Below are positions 48,114-58,691 of a DNA stretch of 64,000 nucleotides, piece after piece; within the stretch, counting starts at the first letter, position 1, and the number at the start of each line of letters is the position of its first letter. A model generated the notes under the pieces. The model saw only the letters and a list, made by a program, of their open reading frames with translations, was not told the DNA's origin and did no database searches. The position numbers were made by a program, and so were the translations under genes. This stretch comes from Promethearchaeota archaeon (lineage in GTDB: Archaea; Asgardarchaeota; Lokiarchaeia; Sigyniarchaeales; SOKP01): the NCBI GenBank assembly GCA_030603385.1, contig JAUVXW010000005.1:32001-96000 (forward strand). The letters are read 5' to 3'.

Positions 48114-50693
48114 TTATATTTTCTTGTCTTTAAACAACACTTTTACTAAAAAGATTGTAACTAACGTCGGAAAAACACCTATACCTAAAATTGCAAATAA
48201 TGAAGTACTGAGAAGATTTGCGAATTCACCCATTAAGAATATTTTTCCAAAAGAATCAAATAAATAATGAATTAAAATGCAGGGAAGTAAGTTCCTTGTT
48301 TTTATATATAGATATGCCATACCAATCCCGAAACAGCTCGCATATATAACCTGCAAAAGAGTGCCATACAAATTAGATCCCCATATCAAATTAGTAAAAT
48401 GAAATAAACCAAAAATTATACCATTCAGGATAACTGTAGTAGTGATTGAATATCTCCTTAATTGTAAATTTAAAATAACTCCTCTAAAAGATATTTCTTC
48501 CCATATTCCTGGTATGAGCATAAAAATAAATAGAAACCATCCTAGATTGATTGGAAATGGTTGATCAGGATTAGGATTCTCGAAATACCAATGATCAAAT
48601 TTAATATCTCCAAAAATAAAAGTAAAGAATAAAAGAGAGGAGAAGTAAATACTAGTAATTCCGATACCAAGAGAAAAATTACGCCAAAAGTGTTTTTTCC
48701 TTCCTAATCCAATTGTTTGAGTAAATTCTATAAAAGATTCTTTCTTCGGAAGTTTTAACCCAAGCGGAACTGCTACTAGCCATAGTAATGCTAAAAATCC
48801 AAAATTTAAAATGAAATCAATGAATATTGCTACGGAAAATGGAAGATTAGTAATAAGTGGAGATATAAGAAATGCAATGGGGATTAGCAAAAATCCCCAA
48901 ATAAAGTATAAAACCAACAAAACAATAGTTCCTATATTTACGTGTTCTCTTAAAAAACCTCCCGTCTTGAATTTTGCTATTTTCTCTACTTTTGGAAACA
49001 TACGAGTGAGCGCAAATATCAAAATTGATAACCCTGTTATTCCTATGATCATTAAAATTAACATTGTGGTATAAATACCAAAAGAAAAAATTAATTGACT
49101 GCCTACAATCAAAATCGTAACATATATACCACCCTCAATTAAGATCATAAGTATCCATTTTGCAATTTTATGTTCTTTGTTTAACTCCTCAAGGATATAT
49201 TTATACTTCATTTTCCCAAAGAAGTGAATCTTCATCTCAAACATAACTAACAAAAAACTCCAAGCGATCGGTAGAGTAACCACAAATAGTACTAACACTA
49301 AAATTGAATTAGTTAACAATGTCAGAAGAATAGCTATAAACGTGAGTGAAATTCCCTGGATTGACAACATCAAAATGATTTTTGCTTTTGCCTGATCACG
49401 AGGGATTAAAGGTAATGATGCCTTAATAGAAGAACCAGATTCTTCAAGATTCAAGAATCCTATAATTAACATTGGTGGAATAAATAAATATATACCAACA
49501 ACTGCAGACCATAATATTAGTATACCCTCTATTGTGGTAACTTCGTTGATAATTGGGCCTTGTAGAGTAAAAACTAATACTAGAGGATAAAATATTGGGA
49601 GAAAGATAAACATAAAGGATTGCATATCACGAGTAGTTGAGACTAAATCTTTTCGAATATATGCCTTAATTGTTGAGGTCGGTTTTATTTCAATGATAAC
49701 ATCCTTTTTCTTTACTTTATCAACTATGATCTCAGTAGAAATCGTGGTACGTAGAGCTCGTTGAGCAGATTTGAATAACCCCCATACTACAAATATGAAT
49801 AAAGCAAATCCAATAAGTGTACTTAGTAATAATCCTGAAGGAAATTGGTTTGGTATGGTACTTAATGCGATTAAATATGCAGGAGCAAGTGCGAATGGAA
49901 TTAAACTTAAAATAAGGTTTAAGAAAATGGGAGGTTCGCTTGTTTTGAACATAATAAGAAATCTATCAACAGAACTAAAGCCCAAGCTGAAAATTAATCC
50001 AGATCCAAAAGCAATTGTGAAATAACCAATCATAGTTATCAATCTGACTAAATTCACTCTTTTCGATGTACCTTTTGATTCTGAGAAGAGGAAGCTTAAT
50101 TTCTCCCCTATAATAATAAGTAAGCTAAAATTGAAAACAACATTAAGAAAAGATACTAAGAGTGAGGTAATAAAAATTAAGAAATTCTGAGTACCAATTA
50201 ACATTATAATTGGAAATGCTGCGATTAGTATAATTAGCGGGATGTCGAGATTTCGAAATAATGTCATAAATCCAATCTTTCTCATGTCCTTTTTAGAGAA
50301 TGGGAGCGTTTGCAGCCATTTGAATGAGTTTCCCGACATGAAAGAGCTGGTTGAAACCAACCCAAACATTATCATATATAAAAAAGTTATCCCAAAGTAA
50401 ATTGCAAACATAAAACTAGATATAAACGCGATCGAATTTGATGTATAGGAACCAAGAGAGTTGTCGATTTCTAAGTAGGTAAATAGTGGCAAAATAGGTA
50501 AAAAAGCAAAAAGGAACGCAAAAACTAATTTAAGAGCCAAAAATTGATGATTTATATAATTCTTGTTTTTCTTAAATTTTTCGAAAAGTCTCGCTTGATG
50601 GGCACCAGCGCTTGCTATCTGTCCTTCCATTAAGATTTCGTGTGTTGTAAACTTAGCTAAGGAATAGAAAGATTTCTGTTTGTTTTCTTCCAT
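48114..50693 (-). CDS. ABC-exporter permease-like membrane protein fused to CPBP (CAAX) intramembrane protease
   Basis: About 570-aa multi-pass N-terminus with duplicated 'LQTLPFS'/'ASLPL' permease loops and 'YIRKDL...RD'; C-terminal WEEISFRG, FGLFH, ILIH. Directly downstream of an ABC ATPase. Confidence 0.75.
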   Translation of the reverse strand: MEENKQKSFYSLAKFTTHEILMEGQIASAGAHQARLFEKFKKNKNYINHQFLALKLVFAFLFAFLPILPLFTYLEIDNSLGSYTSNSIAFISSFMFAIYFGITFLYMIMFGLVSTSSFMSGNSFKWLQTLPFSKKDMRKIGFMTLFRNLDIPLIILIAAFPIIMLIGTQNFLIFITSLLVSFLNVVFNFSLLIIIGEKLSFLFSESKGTSKRVNLVRLITMIGYFTIAFGSGLIFSLGFSSVDRFLIMFKTSEPPIFLNLILSLIPFALAPAYLIALSTIPNQFPSGLLLSTLIGFALFIFVVWGLFKSAQRALRTTISTEIIVDKVKKKDVIIEIKPTSTIKAYIRKDLVSTTRDMQSFMFIFLPIFYPLVLVFTLQGPIINEVTTIEGILILWSAVVGIYLFIPPMLIIGFLNLEESGSSIKASLPLIPRDQAKAKIILMLSIQGISLTFIAILLTLLTNSILVLVLFVVTLPIAWSFLLVMFEMKIHFFGKMKYKYILEELNKEHKIAKWILMILIEGGIYVTILIVGSQLIFSFGIYTTMLILMIIGITGLSILIFALTRMFPKVEKIAKFKTGGFLREHVNIGTIVLLVLYFIWGFLLIPIAFLISPLITNLPFSVAIFIDFILNFGFLALLWLVAVPLGLKLPKKESFIEFTQTIGLGRKKHFWRNFSLGIGITSIYFSSLLFFTFIFGDIKFDHWYFENPNPDQPFPINLGWFLFIFMLIPGIWEEISFRGVILNLQLRRYSITTTVILNGIIFGLFHFTNLIWGSNLYGTLLQVIYASCFGIGMAYLYIKTRNLLPCILIHYLFDSFGKIFLMGEFANLLSTSLFAILGIGVFPTLVTIFLVKVLFKDKKI

Positions 50694-50707
50694 AGATAAT
50701 TACCTCA

Positions 50708-51502
50708 TTAATTTTTCACTTTAAAAGAAGCTCTGAGTTTCTTTATTATTTCATTAACTGAAGTATCTTGCTCAGTTAATCGTAAGAAAACATCTTCTAA
50801 GCTTGCACCTACTTTATCAGCTTGTTGTCGAAGTTCTTCAATTGTACCAATCCCTACTATCTTTCCTTTATTAATTATCCCTATTCGGTCACATAATTCT
50901 TGTGCGATTTCCATAATATGTGTAGAAAAAAGAACTGTTCCCCCTCTCTGAGTGTGAAGTTCTATAATGGATTTGACAACTCTTACAGATTTCGCATCAA
51001 GACCTGCAATGGGTTCATCCAAAATAAGCAAATCTGGCTCATGAAGTATTGCAGCAATAATTTGTAATTTTTGTTTATTTCCATGAGATAGAGTTGCAAT
51101 TAATTGATCATAATATTCAATTGCGTCCAGACTTTCCAGATATTCCTTTGCAAGATTGGTAGTTTTATTCGCATCTAAACCTCTGACTGATGCTACAAAA
51201 TTAAAGAGGTCTTTTGGCGTTAAGGACTTGAAGATTAAAGGTTCTTCACTAACATATCCAATACGACGTTTAATTGCAACTTCATTTCGTTCGGGATTTA
51301 ACCCAAATACACTCATTTCACCTTCATTTGGTTCAAGTAATCCTAAAAGGAGTTTGATCGTTGTCGTTTTACCAGCACCATTAGGTCCTAATAATCCAAA
51401 AACCTCTCCCTGTTGAACTTCAAATGAGATACCATTTACTGCTTTTACTTCCCCAAAAAATTTCTTCAAACTTTTAATGATAATTATTTCATTATTTGAC
51501 AT
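50708..51502 (-). CDS. ABC transporter ATP-binding protein
   Basis: GPNGAGKTT, LSHGNKQK signature, ILDEP, STH. Confidence 0.95.
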   Translation of the reverse strand: MSNNEIIIIKSLKKFFGEVKAVNGISFEVQQGEVFGLLGPNGAGKTTTIKLLLGLLEPNEGEMSVFGLNPERNEVAIKRRIGYVSEEPLIFKSLTPKDLFNFVASVRGLDANKTTNLAKEYLESLDAIEYYDQLIATLSHGNKQKLQIIAAILHEPDLLILDEPIAGLDAKSVRVVKSIIELHTQRGGTVLFSTHIMEIAQELCDRIGIINKGKIVGIGTIEELRQQADKVGASLEDVFLRLTEQDTSVNEIIKKLRASFKVKN

Positions 51503-51740
51503 ATCTATCCCATAGAATTGATTCTTTTCTCATAAATCTTATCTTAGAAGATGACCATAACTTAATATATTTCTTTATATACTTATATATATTATTATAT
51601 TTAAATGTTTTGGAAGTCTATAAAATTAAGCGAATAGTAACTCTATCTACACATTACTAATGTTAATTAAGTATATACAGATATATATAGACATGAATTC
51701 ATTAAGAACCTTGGTGATCTTTCTATGTAAAGAATATTAT

Positions 51741-52676
51741 TTAATCTATTTTCTGATTTACAATAACTATTATAGATACTATAACTAAAAAAATTCCGAT
51801 TAAATGGTAAATTGTGAAATTCTCACCTAAAATAAAACTAGCAAATATAGCTGAAATTATCGGCGTTGGAGCAAATATTATAGTTGCTTTAGAAACATCT
51901 AAATAAGAGAGAGTCTTGTACCAACACACTAATCCAGAGCCATAAACTGTGCCCATTATTAGAAAAAAGAATAGATTGTCGGGATCAAGCCACATTTTAT
52001 AATCTATGGGAAAAAAAATAAAATACGTAAAAATTAGAATAAAACCTGAAAGTAAATTCCTAATAAAAACCATTTGTATGGGAGTAACTTCTTTTTTGTT
52101 AAAAATAGGTTTTGTCAATGTATGTCCAATCATCCATAAAAATGATATTGCTAATATTATTGCAACCCCTATTAAAATGGTACTATTAAATTTAACAAGA
52201 GAAAAAAATTGAGTAATTCCTATCGTTAAACCAAAGAATAATACTATTGAAAAAATTAATTGTAATTTTGTTATTTTTTCTTTAAGAATCAAATACCCTA
52301 AAAGCATTGAGAAGAACACCGTTGTTTTTTGTGTTATAGAGCCATTGATAGCACCAGCCATATCATATCCTATGAAGAAAAAGATTTGATTAACCCCAAA
52401 AATGAACCCTATGAAAATAAGTAGCCATAGATTATTTTTCCACCCCTGCAATATAGAATGGGCACTGATATCATGGTTATGAGTATTTTTTTTGTTCTTT
52501 TTCAACTCTATTAACATTAAAGGAAAAAAAATAGCTGTTTCTACTAAACAAGTCATAGCAGCAGAAATGTGAGCATTTACCATTGAGGGTTTTGAAATCG
52601 CAATAATAGGTTGCAACCCTACAAAAATTATCCCAATAAATCCAAATATTAGTCCTTTTTTAGTATGATTAGCCAA
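51741..52676 (-). CDS. DMT/EamA family transporter
   Basis: About 10 TM helices in two repeats ending 'ILKEKIT' and 'ILGENFT'. Confidence 0.85.
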   Translation of the reverse strand: MANHTKKGLIFGFIGIIFVGLQPIIAISKPSMVNAHISAAMTCLVETAIFFPLMLIELKKNKKNTHNHDISAHSILQGWKNNLWLLIFIGFIFGVNQIFFFIGYDMAGAINGSITQKTTVFFSMLLGYLILKEKITKLQLIFSIVLFFGLTIGITQFFSLVKFNSTILIGVAIILAISFLWMIGHTLTKPIFNKKEVTPIQMVFIRNLLSGFILIFTYFIFFPIDYKMWLDPDNLFFFLIMGTVYGSGLVCWYKTLSYLDVSKATIIFAPTPIISAIFASFILGENFTIYHLIGIFLVIVSIIVIVNQKID

Positions 52677-52867
52677 GTTAATTATAAAAAGAAGTTTAGG
52701 GATTAAAAAATTTTAGACAACAAAATTTATATCACATTTCTAGTTCCAAATTCCTTTAATATAAAATAAAATATCGAATTAACTCTTAGATAACTCATAA
52801 AACTTTTTTTATTAGAAAAATTTAAAGAAAATTAATCAAGCAAATAGAAAAATAGCTTGAAATTTGG

Positions 52868-53701
52868 ATGTGTATAAAAATTTCAGAAAATTATGCAATA
52901 ATAACAAATAACCTCACTAAAAATTTCGGAAATATTGTGGCTGTTAATAATTTAAACTTAAAAATCCCTTATGGCTTAACTTTTGGGTTACTTGGTCCCA
53001 ACGGAGCCGGAAAAACTACGACGGTAAGAATGTTAAATTCAATTATTTCACCAACATCAGGTACTGCTAAAGTTGTCGGTTATGATCTCATATCTCAAAG
53101 TCAACAAGTTAAAATTAATTCCGGGTTCCTTCCTGAAACACCTGGCTTATATCAAAAATTAACAGCAAAAGAATTTTTAGAATTTGTAGGGGAGCTATAT
53201 TATTTACCAAAAGAGATTATTTCTAATCGCATAGAGGAATTAATTGATATTTTTAATTTAGAAGGACGTGAAAATGATCTTTTAGAGGGATATAGTAGAG
53301 GAATGAAACAAAAGGTGTGTTTATGCGCAGCCTTAATTCATGATCCGAAAATTATTTTTTTAGATGAACCAACTTCTAATCTAGATCCTGCTGCTGCAAG
53401 AATGGTTAAAGATCTAATATCTGATCTTGCTAAGAAAGCAGATAAAACTATCTTTATATGTACTCATCTTCTTGATGCGGCAGAAGAATTATGTGATTTG
53501 ATAGGAATAATTGATAACGGAGTAATAAAAGTAGAAGGGAGCCCAAAAGAAATAATAGAATCGACGGAAACAAAAGATCTAGAGGAGGCATATCTCAAAA
53601 TAATGGGTGCTACTCGTATTGAAGACTTATTAGCTTGGAGGGAAGAACTTCCAAAAAACCTTGAAAAGAAAAAGAAAACAAAAAAAAAGAAAAGAAGCTG
53701 A
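52868..53701 (+). CDS. ABC transporter ATP-binding protein
   Basis: GPNGAGKTT, YSRGMKQK, FLDEP, CTH. Confidence 0.95.
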   Translation: MCIKISENYAIITNNLTKNFGNIVAVNNLNLKIPYGLTFGLLGPNGAGKTTTVRMLNSIISPTSGTAKVVGYDLISQSQQVKINSGFLPETPGLYQKLTAKEFLEFVGELYYLPKEIISNRIEELIDIFNLEGRENDLLEGYSRGMKQKVCLCAALIHDPKIIFLDEPTSNLDPAAARMVKDLISDLAKKADKTIFICTHLLDAAEELCDLIGIIDNGVIKVEGSPKEIIESTETKDLEEAYLKIMGATRIEDLLAWREELPKNLEKKKKTKKKKRS

Positions 53702-55313
53702 TAAGGGTAGGATGGCTCTTTGGAAATCAATAGCTAAAAATGAGATACGGTTAAGAACAAGTCTTTTTCGCAATAACAGAGTGTTATTTTTAATCATTTT
53801 GTATAGTTTGCTACTAATATGGGCATTTTTTCTATGTCCCGCTATTTTTGATCTTTTTATGCCGACTTTAGTGGATATAGTAGGTTCTGAAATCTTAATG
53901 GCTGTTTCTCTTCTAATTGAATTTGGTATGATGGCTTTTTTTCTTATTATCTTAATTTATCCACTAAATACGGTATATAGAAAAACTGAAATTGGCTTTA
54001 AAGAAATTTTATTAGCATCTCCTGCTACCTCTGGAGATATATTTTTAGGTGAATTTGTAGGAAAATTTCCTATTTATACTGCTATTATTTTAATTATAAC
54101 TCCCCTCATAATAGGAATGCTAAATCCTATTATTAACTTTAATACATTCCAATATAGTATCATATATGTATGCATATTTGGGATGGTACTTTTTGCTGCT
54201 TTACTTGGCTCTATTATTTCATCTTGGCTCGAACATAAAATAGCGAGAAATGAACGTGCTCGAGATTTAGGTAAGGTTCTAATGTTTCTTCTTTCAATTG
54301 CAATGGTTGCATTAATTTATACTTTACAGTTTTTATTTAATTATCTTATAAATAATCCACAATTAAGGAATTGGGTTAGTTTCTATCCCTCGATATGGTT
54401 TTCGAATATTATTTTATACTTTATAGAACCAAACTTGATAAACACCTATTTTTTAAATATATGGTATAGTAGTTTACTTGCTATAACTATTCCCGCATTT
54501 ATTATGTATATAGCTTATAAAAAAGCAGAGGTTTTTTTTACAGTAGAAGGTGGTATTGAAAAAATTACTTCAGTAATTGAAACAGAGAATGTATTTTATT
54601 TACTGATTAGAAGACTTACAGGTCATAAATGGGAAGGATTAATAATTGCTCAATTAAAAGACTTTTTAAGAAAAAGAGAAACAATTATGAAAATCATTTA
54701 TGTATGTGGGATAGTGAGTGTTTTGGGAGTCATATTTTCCTTTACCTTGGGTACAGAAGATTTAATGAGTCAATCAATGATTATTATAATGATTATTGTC
54801 ATGGGAGGAATTATGTATGGATTACTTTTTGGTAGTTATATTTTTGTTGGGACTAAAGATTTAATTTGGGTTTATAAAAGGAGTCCCAGAAATGTTCGAG
54901 CATTAGTTTATTCATATATGTTAGCAATGTTAATACTTAATATAATAATTACATTAGGGCTCACAATTTTTTTTACGATATATTTTGAATTTAATTTCTT
55001 CACTGTTATATTTTTCTTTGCTTTTTATTTAATCTATAATCAATTAGTTATATTTCAAGCTATTGGAATTCAATGTTTTAGCCCCTCATTTGAAGAAAAA
55101 GGTCGAGCTATGACTACTAATAATTTAATACTGATGGTTCTACAAATGGTTCCATTTCAATTTATTCTAATAGTACTCTTAATAGTTTTTACCCCACCTT
55201 CATCTCCTGACCTTATGAAATTCTACTTTTTAAGTCCAATATTACTATTATCGGCATCTATTGCAATACCAATATTAATTTTTGGTATTAACAAAATAAG
55301 CAGAATTGAATAA
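53661..55313 (+). CDS. ABC exporter permease-like membrane protein
   Basis: Multi-pass protein with 'IAKNEIR', 'LLASP', 'YKRSP' loops; follows an ABC ATPase; likely start at MALWKSIAK. Confidence 0.75.
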   Translation: MKRKRKQKKRKEADKGRMALWKSIAKNEIRLRTSLFRNNRVLFLIILYSLLLIWAFFLCPAIFDLFMPTLVDIVGSEILMAVSLLIEFGMMAFFLIILIYPLNTVYRKTEIGFKEILLASPATSGDIFLGEFVGKFPIYTAIILIITPLIIGMLNPIINFNTFQYSIIYVCIFGMVLFAALLGSIISSWLEHKIARNERARDLGKVLMFLLSIAMVALIYTLQFLFNYLINNPQLRNWVSFYPSIWFSNIILYFIEPNLINTYFLNIWYSSLLAITIPAFIMYIAYKKAEVFFTVEGGIEKITSVIETENVFYLLIRRLTGHKWEGLIIAQLKDFLRKRETIMKIIYVCGIVSVLGVIFSFTLGTEDLMSQSMIIIMIIVMGGIMYGLLFGSYIFVGTKDLIWVYKRSPRNVRALVYSYMLAMLILNIIITLGLTIFFTIYFEFNFFTVIFFFAFYLIYNQLVIFQAIGIQCFSPSFEEKGRAMTTNNLILMVLQMVPFQFILIVLLIVFTPPSSPDLMKFYFLSPILLLSASIAIPILIFGINKISRIE

Positions 55314-55351
55314 AATATATTAATAATAATCTTTTGAAACTATAAAGAAAT

Positions 55352-57169
55352 TTATTTTGCATAACTTCCAAATTGTGGGAATGTTTTCAATTGCTCTGAA
55401 TTGAATATTGGGCCATCTTTGCAAACAGAAATGTCATTATCTACACCTATGCAACATGAACCGCATAAACCTACTCCACATTTCATTTTTCTCTCGAGAG
55501 AAGCCTGAATTTTAATGTTTTTTGATTCAGCTAGATCTAGTACTTTTTTCATCATAACTTCTGGACCACACGTAATAATTAAATCTATATTATCATTGGT
55601 TATAATATCTTCAATAGTGTCTGTTACATAACATTTTCTCCCAAAAGAACCGTCATCCGTAGTACAGGTCGTATTTGGAATAAGTTCTATCAATCTATCT
55701 GCAAAAATTAAAGAGGTTTTATCTTGAGCTCCAATTGTTACATTTACATTTTTTCGATTATGTTTTAACGGCTCTATTAATGATGTTATAGCAGCGATCC
55801 CCATACCTCCTCCGACAATAAGAATATTAGAAGCATCTTCGTAATTCCATGACTTTCCAAAAGGACCTCTTATACCCATACTATCCCCTACTTTAAGATC
55901 AAATAATTTAGCAGTACCTTCACCAATCTTCTGGACTGTAATTTCAATAAGACTCCCTTCTATTTTTGAAATTGACATTGGTAAAAAATCTATATCTGGA
56001 AGCCATAGGATCACAAACATGCCAGGTCTATAACCCCTCGCAATCTTTTCGTTCCTAACTATAAAGCTTTTAATTTCTGATGAATGGTTTATTATAGATT
56101 CAATTTTCACAATGTCAGTTTTACACCGAGTAATATCTAATACCAGTTCTTCATTAGTTTTAGTTAGAGGTTTAGTTTCAAGAAATCCCTTCTCTACCGC
56201 CAAATCATAAATCTCTTTTCCTCTATAAGTCCTAATAATTATAGTTTTCCAACCATTATCGCTTCCGATATTACCAATAGAAATATCTGCAAATGAAGCT
56301 GTATAATCAGAACATGAAAAGCATGCATTTCGAATAGATTTATCATAAATATAATTTAGTGGAATCTCCTTAATGCTTGAATTCGTATGTATTTTCATTT
56401 TAAATGTTCCCTTATCATTATTAATTTTAATAATTTCATCGCTTTTGATGTCATATTCATTAAAACATTGATCAATTAGTTGATTATAATAAGTTCCAAA
56501 ACAAAAGGTACCTATTGCTAGAGAGACTAGATCATATGCCTCAAAATCGAATATATGATGATTCTGTATCTTACGTAAAGCTTGAATTTGACAGGGAGTA
56601 CCAACTACAGCAATATTTGTAAATTCTCTATTAATTGCATCCCCAACTAATGATAATGTTGGGCTCTGGCTTGGCTTATAACCTATTCCTTTGAAAATCT
56701 CTTTTTTACTTGCTGCAATTATAGGAAATGGTACAAATTTTTCATCTTTATCTGTAATTATTGTAGCATCTATTAAACCCGCCTCCATTGCTGTAAATAA
56801 TAAGGAAGTAATGGGACCAGCTTCGTTAGGTAGGTGCTCTTTAGCTTTATCTGTTAGTTTAATAGATAAAATATCTATATAATGTCCTAAAATTTGATCT
56901 TTTTCTTTTCCAAAAACCCATTTATCTAACAAAGAGAGGGATATTTGATCTGTCCCAGTTTTTGGACATAAATTATAACATAAGCCAAACCCATCCCTAC
57001 ATGTATTACTATCTTTGCATGAACCATCTTCAATTGGAATCTCTTTTAAGGTATCAAATTTTATATCCGCACAAAACGCTCCACATGCCCCACAATATAC
57101 GCATTTACCCGTTTTAATGATTTCAGTTTCTAATTCCTGCCAACCTTTTTTTATTTTTTCAACATACAT
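55352..57169 (-). CDS. Fusion of F420-binding FrhB/FdhB-type subunit with PyrK/NfnS-type FAD-NAD(P)-[2Fe-2S] electron transfer domain
   Basis: N-half: CVYCGACGAFC, VGTPCQIQALRK, IGTFC, CFSCSD...ADISIG. C-half: IRGPFG, GGGMGIA, CGPEVMMK, ERKMKCGVGLCGSC...CKDGP. Confidence 0.85.
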   Translation of the reverse strand: MYVEKIKKGWQELETEIIKTGKCVYCGACGAFCADIKFDTLKEIPIEDGSCKDSNTCRDGFGLCYNLCPKTGTDQISLSLLDKWVFGKEKDQILGHYIDILSIKLTDKAKEHLPNEAGPITSLLFTAMEAGLIDATIITDKDEKFVPFPIIAASKKEIFKGIGYKPSQSPTLSLVGDAINREFTNIAVVGTPCQIQALRKIQNHHIFDFEAYDLVSLAIGTFCFGTYYNQLIDQCFNEYDIKSDEIIKINNDKGTFKMKIHTNSSIKEIPLNYIYDKSIRNACFSCSDYTASFADISIGNIGSDNGWKTIIIRTYRGKEIYDLAVEKGFLETKPLTKTNEELVLDITRCKTDIVKIESIINHSSEIKSFIVRNEKIARGYRPGMFVILWLPDIDFLPMSISKIEGSLIEITVQKIGEGTAKLFDLKVGDSMGIRGPFGKSWNYEDASNILIVGGGMGIAAITSLIEPLKHNRKNVNVTIGAQDKTSLIFADRLIELIPNTTCTTDDGSFGRKCYVTDTIEDIITNDNIDLIITCGPEVMMKKVLDLAESKNIKIQASLERKMKCGVGLCGSCCIGVDNDISVCKDGPIFNSEQLKTFPQFGSYAK

Positions 57170-57173
57170 AGTT

Positions 57174-57770
57174 TTAGTTTTCCTCTTTTAATTTCCTAAT
57201 AAAATCTAGAGCCTCTTTTTTTCCAAGTTCAAATGCTTCCAGATTTTTTTCTAATGTAGAACTAGGTACAAATTTTTTCAGAGTTTCTATAGCTGATTCT
57301 TCAGAAATTATCCCAGAAAGGATTGTAAAAGCCCCAAAAAGGATTGAATTACCAAATACAATATTCCCAAATTTTTCAACAGCTATTTTCTGAACAGGAA
57401 TACTTAAAGCTTTTTTGATATTTCTCACAGCTCCAAACTTCTGTATAGTTGATGGATCCCAAAGTAAATATCCTGTATTTTCACCTTTCTTAATATAATC
57501 AGGATTAACACTGGCAGCAGATTCCCCAGAAAGTATTATTAAAAAATCATATGGTCTTAAAGCTTGAGGATAATCAATAGTTTCAATATTTTTATCTAAT
57601 TCTACTATAACTTCTGCCCAGCATCGACCTCCTCTAGCTGAAGCAGAATAGGCTTCTGTTTGAGTTGCCGCTAGATTTTCATATAATGATACAGCAGTTA
57701 TTATCATCTTTGAAAGAGTAATTACTCCTTGCCCACCAAATCCCGCTATACGTATTTCATATCGAACCAT
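57174..57770 (-). CDS. korC: 2-oxoacid:ferredoxin oxidoreductase gamma subunit
   Basis: 'IRIAGFGGQGVI', 'YSASARGG', 'NSILFG', 'NLEAFELG'. Confidence 0.88.
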   Translation of the reverse strand: MVRYEIRIAGFGGQGVITLSKMIITAVSLYENLAATQTEAYSASARGGRCWAEVIVELDKNIETIDYPQALRPYDFLIILSGESAASVNPDYIKKGENTGYLLWDPSTIQKFGAVRNIKKALSIPVQKIAVEKFGNIVFGNSILFGAFTILSGIISEESAIETLKKFVPSSTLEKNLEAFELGKKEALDFIRKLKEEN

Positions 57771-57773
57771 TTA

Positions 57774-58691
57774 TTATTTTCCCTCCATTGCGATTTTCTT
57801 AATTTTAGCGTATTCTTCTGAGTATTCTGGTTTGTTAGGATCTATTTTAAACTCTCCAATAACATATTTATTTAATAATTCCTCTTCTGTCATGAATTTT
57901 GCTTGGTTAATACGTATACTGTTCCTTTTTATCCAATCAATCATTATGCCAGTGTTTTCCATTTTTTGTCCTTCTATACCTAAATTTTCAGCTCCTAAAT
58001 TATCCAGATTTTTTCTCCCAAAATATGTAACGCATGGAGTAATTACTTCTATTACTGAAGTACCTTTATGCTTTAGTGCCTTTCTAAAATATTTCATTAA
58101 CGTACGAGGATGTGCTACTGTTGTTCGTGTAACATAAGTCGCTCCAGCAGTTAGAGCAAGCTTTATTCCATCAATCCTATTTTCAAACATTTTATATGGT
58201 GTGGTAGTGCTCATAGCTCCAAATAAAGTCGTTGGTGCTCCTTGCCCTCCAGTCATTGCATAAATACTATTATTAAAAATGAAAATTATGCAATCAAGGT
58301 TTCTTCGGCAAATATGCATAAAATGGTTCCCCCCTATTCCAAGACAATCACCATCTCCAGAAAATATTATAGGCTTCATTTTTGGATTTGCCATTTTCAT
58401 ACCAGTAGCAAGTCCAGGTGCTCGACCATGCAGTGCTAGGATTCTTTGAGTAGCATGATGTAGTGTTAATAATATTTGGCCATAACAACCGATCCCGATA
58501 ACCATAGGATATAATTTTGGATCTAGTTTTTCATCTTCAAAAACACGATTAAAAAGATGACCAATGATTCCATAACCACATCCTGCGCAGAAAAGAGAGA
58601 AATAACTATTGAAGTATTTACCTGGCATAGATATTGAAAGATATGGATGTTCTGGTTTTTCACTTGGATACATAGGTGGTAATCCTGACAT
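57774..58691 (-). CDS. korB: 2-oxoacid:ferredoxin oxidoreductase beta subunit
   Basis: CAGCG, GIGC, LHGRA, TPP motif GDGD...NN, MTGGQ, PC. Confidence 0.92.
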   Translation of the reverse strand: MSGLPPMYPSEKPEHPYLSISMPGKYFNSYFSLFCAGCGYGIIGHLFNRVFEDEKLDPKLYPMVIGIGCYGQILLTLHHATQRILALHGRAPGLATGMKMANPKMKPIIFSGDGDCLGIGGNHFMHICRRNLDCIIFIFNNSIYAMTGGQGAPTTLFGAMSTTTPYKMFENRIDGIKLALTAGATYVTRTTVAHPRTLMKYFRKALKHKGTSVIEVITPCVTYFGRKNLDNLGAENLGIEGQKMENTGIMIDWIKRNSIRINQAKFMTEEELLNKYVIGEFKIDPNKPEYSEEYAKIKKIAMEGK

